Source of the DNA: Antedon mediterranea
Taxonomy: Eukaryota; Animalia; Echinodermata
Direction: 5' to 3'
Length of the DNA stretch: 64,000 bases
NCBI RefSeq assembly: GCF_964355755.1
Contig: NC_092680.1
Span: 2,108,001-2,172,000 of the forward strand
Position 1 is the stretch's first letter. Each line of letters starts with the position of its first letter. The notes beneath the pieces are model-generated. The model saw only the letters and a program-made list of their open reading frames with translations, did not search any database and was not told where the DNA came from. Both the position numbers and the translations under genes were made by a program. Shown here piece by piece: positions 62,901 to 64,000 of this stretch.

Positions 62901-63849
62901 TTATGTAAAACCATTCCTGTATCATCCCTGTGAATTGAAGCAATTAAAGAATAATTGTTGTTATTTATTTAAACTGGGTAACCTCTTCAGTAAAAGTTAT
63001 GATTAGTGGCTATGATGTACTAGTACACCGGGGTAACCCCTACTTGTCTTTAAAGTGCACATGAGCTAGATGTGTACACTGGTTTATAGTCCTTAACCAA
63101 GAAGACTCGTTCTACCACCAGAACCATGGAGCAAATCAGCCTCGAACCATTGCCGATGTTATGGTTACGTCATTACGGTTCCACTGTCCCAACTGCTCGG
63201 CCACTCTATGGCATAATTATAATAAAATCATAACTACAATTCGTTCAATATAGGCACATATACATATTATATTTGAAATGCCTTTTGGCCCTAGTACTGT
63301 AGTGCTACCCCTTAGATCTGCCTCTGTTGCTGGATGTCAACGGTCTGTAGAAGGTCGAATGCAAAATTGATTAATAATTTACATTTACAAATCTATCAGT
63401 ATTATATAAATTGTGCTTACTCATTTATTTCTATTGGTCTGTCAGATTGCATGTTTGCCAAATTCTCTGTCCTTTTCCTCAATTTCACTAAAAAAGTAGA
63501 AGTAAAGAATTGATTATTTTTCAATACAAATCAAACATTTTCTTTTTTTACAGACTCTGTCTACACTATCAAACGTAATATGATGTGCCATATCACTACC
63601 ATATTTGGATACATCACACTTTTTTTGGTAAAACTAGTTTGATAGTGTGGACAGAGCTTTAATGTAATAATTTGGTAACAAGTCATTTGTTGCTTTATTA
63701 TTGGACATGTACATAAGTTCTATAAATTATAGCCAGGGCTAGAAAAAGATAACATATCATATAGCCTGTGATCTTTACCTGGTGCCTTATATGCCCTAGC
63801 CTTGCCAGTCGTGCTCTCATCAATCTCATGTTTTACAGCTTTCACTCCC
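59913..63849 (-). CDS. TIMM44: Mitochondrial import translocase subunit TIM44, 3' part (9 exons in the window; 5' end lies beyond 64000)
   Basis: LHKDSKFYEQWKNFTDNN, SEVLTEIVKIDPSF, GDLEILKDWCYEA, MGKMMEQGPVLVITFQAQQ, VWVLCRDQEILDPKAAWKVLD. Confidence 0.96.
60315..60651. mobile_element. Harbinger/Tourist-like MITE family C
   Basis: ~54-bp near-perfect TIRs AGCCCGGCGCACACTAGAGCTT..., TAA TSD. Confidence 0.92.
60707..60775. repeat. 33-bp local tandem duplication
   Basis: ATATTTCACCTCTAAGCAG..ATCTGTATAAT twice. Confidence 0.85.
62174..62498 (+). mobile_element. 5S rRNA-derived SINE (SINE3-like)
   Basis: GTTAAGC..GGGCCTGGTTAGAGCTTGGATGGGAGACCATCTGGGAATATCGGGTGCTGTA matches the 3' part of 5S rRNA; followed by a non-5S body and an A-rich tail. 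Confidence 0.75.
62955..63206 (-). mobile_element. tRNA-derived SINE
   Basis: Minus strand: A box TGGCCGAGCAG, B box GGTTCGAGGC, body, (AAT/AAC)-rich tail. Confidence 0.7.
63552..63658. mobile_element. MITE family A copy
   Basis: TIRs present. Confidence 0.85.
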
Positions 63850-64000
63850 TGTAAAGAAACACTATTTTAATATTTCAACAACAAACCTGACAGGAAAGGT
63901 GATCTTAGGTTAATAACAGTATTGTTTATGCTTCAGTAGCTTCTCTAATTTGACAGTCTGAGAAAGTGTGATGGGCCCAAATATGGTCAAATATGGTAGT

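Overview
AT-rich, gene-dense animal genomic DNA with spliceosomal introns. A marine invertebrate deuterostome is my inference from gene and repeat content. I read 14 protein-coding genes: a multi-Ig transmembrane receptor with an intronless CDS (+), cyclin B (-), FBXO22-like (+), HYKK (-), a 97-aa unknown (-), PMF1/Nnf1 (-), SNX24/22 (+), MSH3 (-), PIGO (+), NGRN (-), DCP2 (+), a 91-aa unknown (-), a C9orf85 homolog (+) and the 3' part of TIMM44 (-). Most lie in head-to-head pairs. Repeats include about 23 copies of one Tourist/Harbinger-like MITE, other MITEs, tRNA- and 5S-derived SINEs and a LINE 3' fragment. The most unusual signals are: a 17-copy tandem amplification of the SNX24 exon-3/splice-donor junction, a candidate 21-nt SNX24 microexon, the [V-C-C]-V-[V-C-C] receptor with a phosphotyrosine-motif tail, a tRNA-like gene with an ATC anticodon and T5 terminator, two AT-AC (U12) introns, and two candidate intronic RNA structures. 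Exon boundaries were read by eye and may be off by a few bases. Gene names come from recognised motifs, not database searches.
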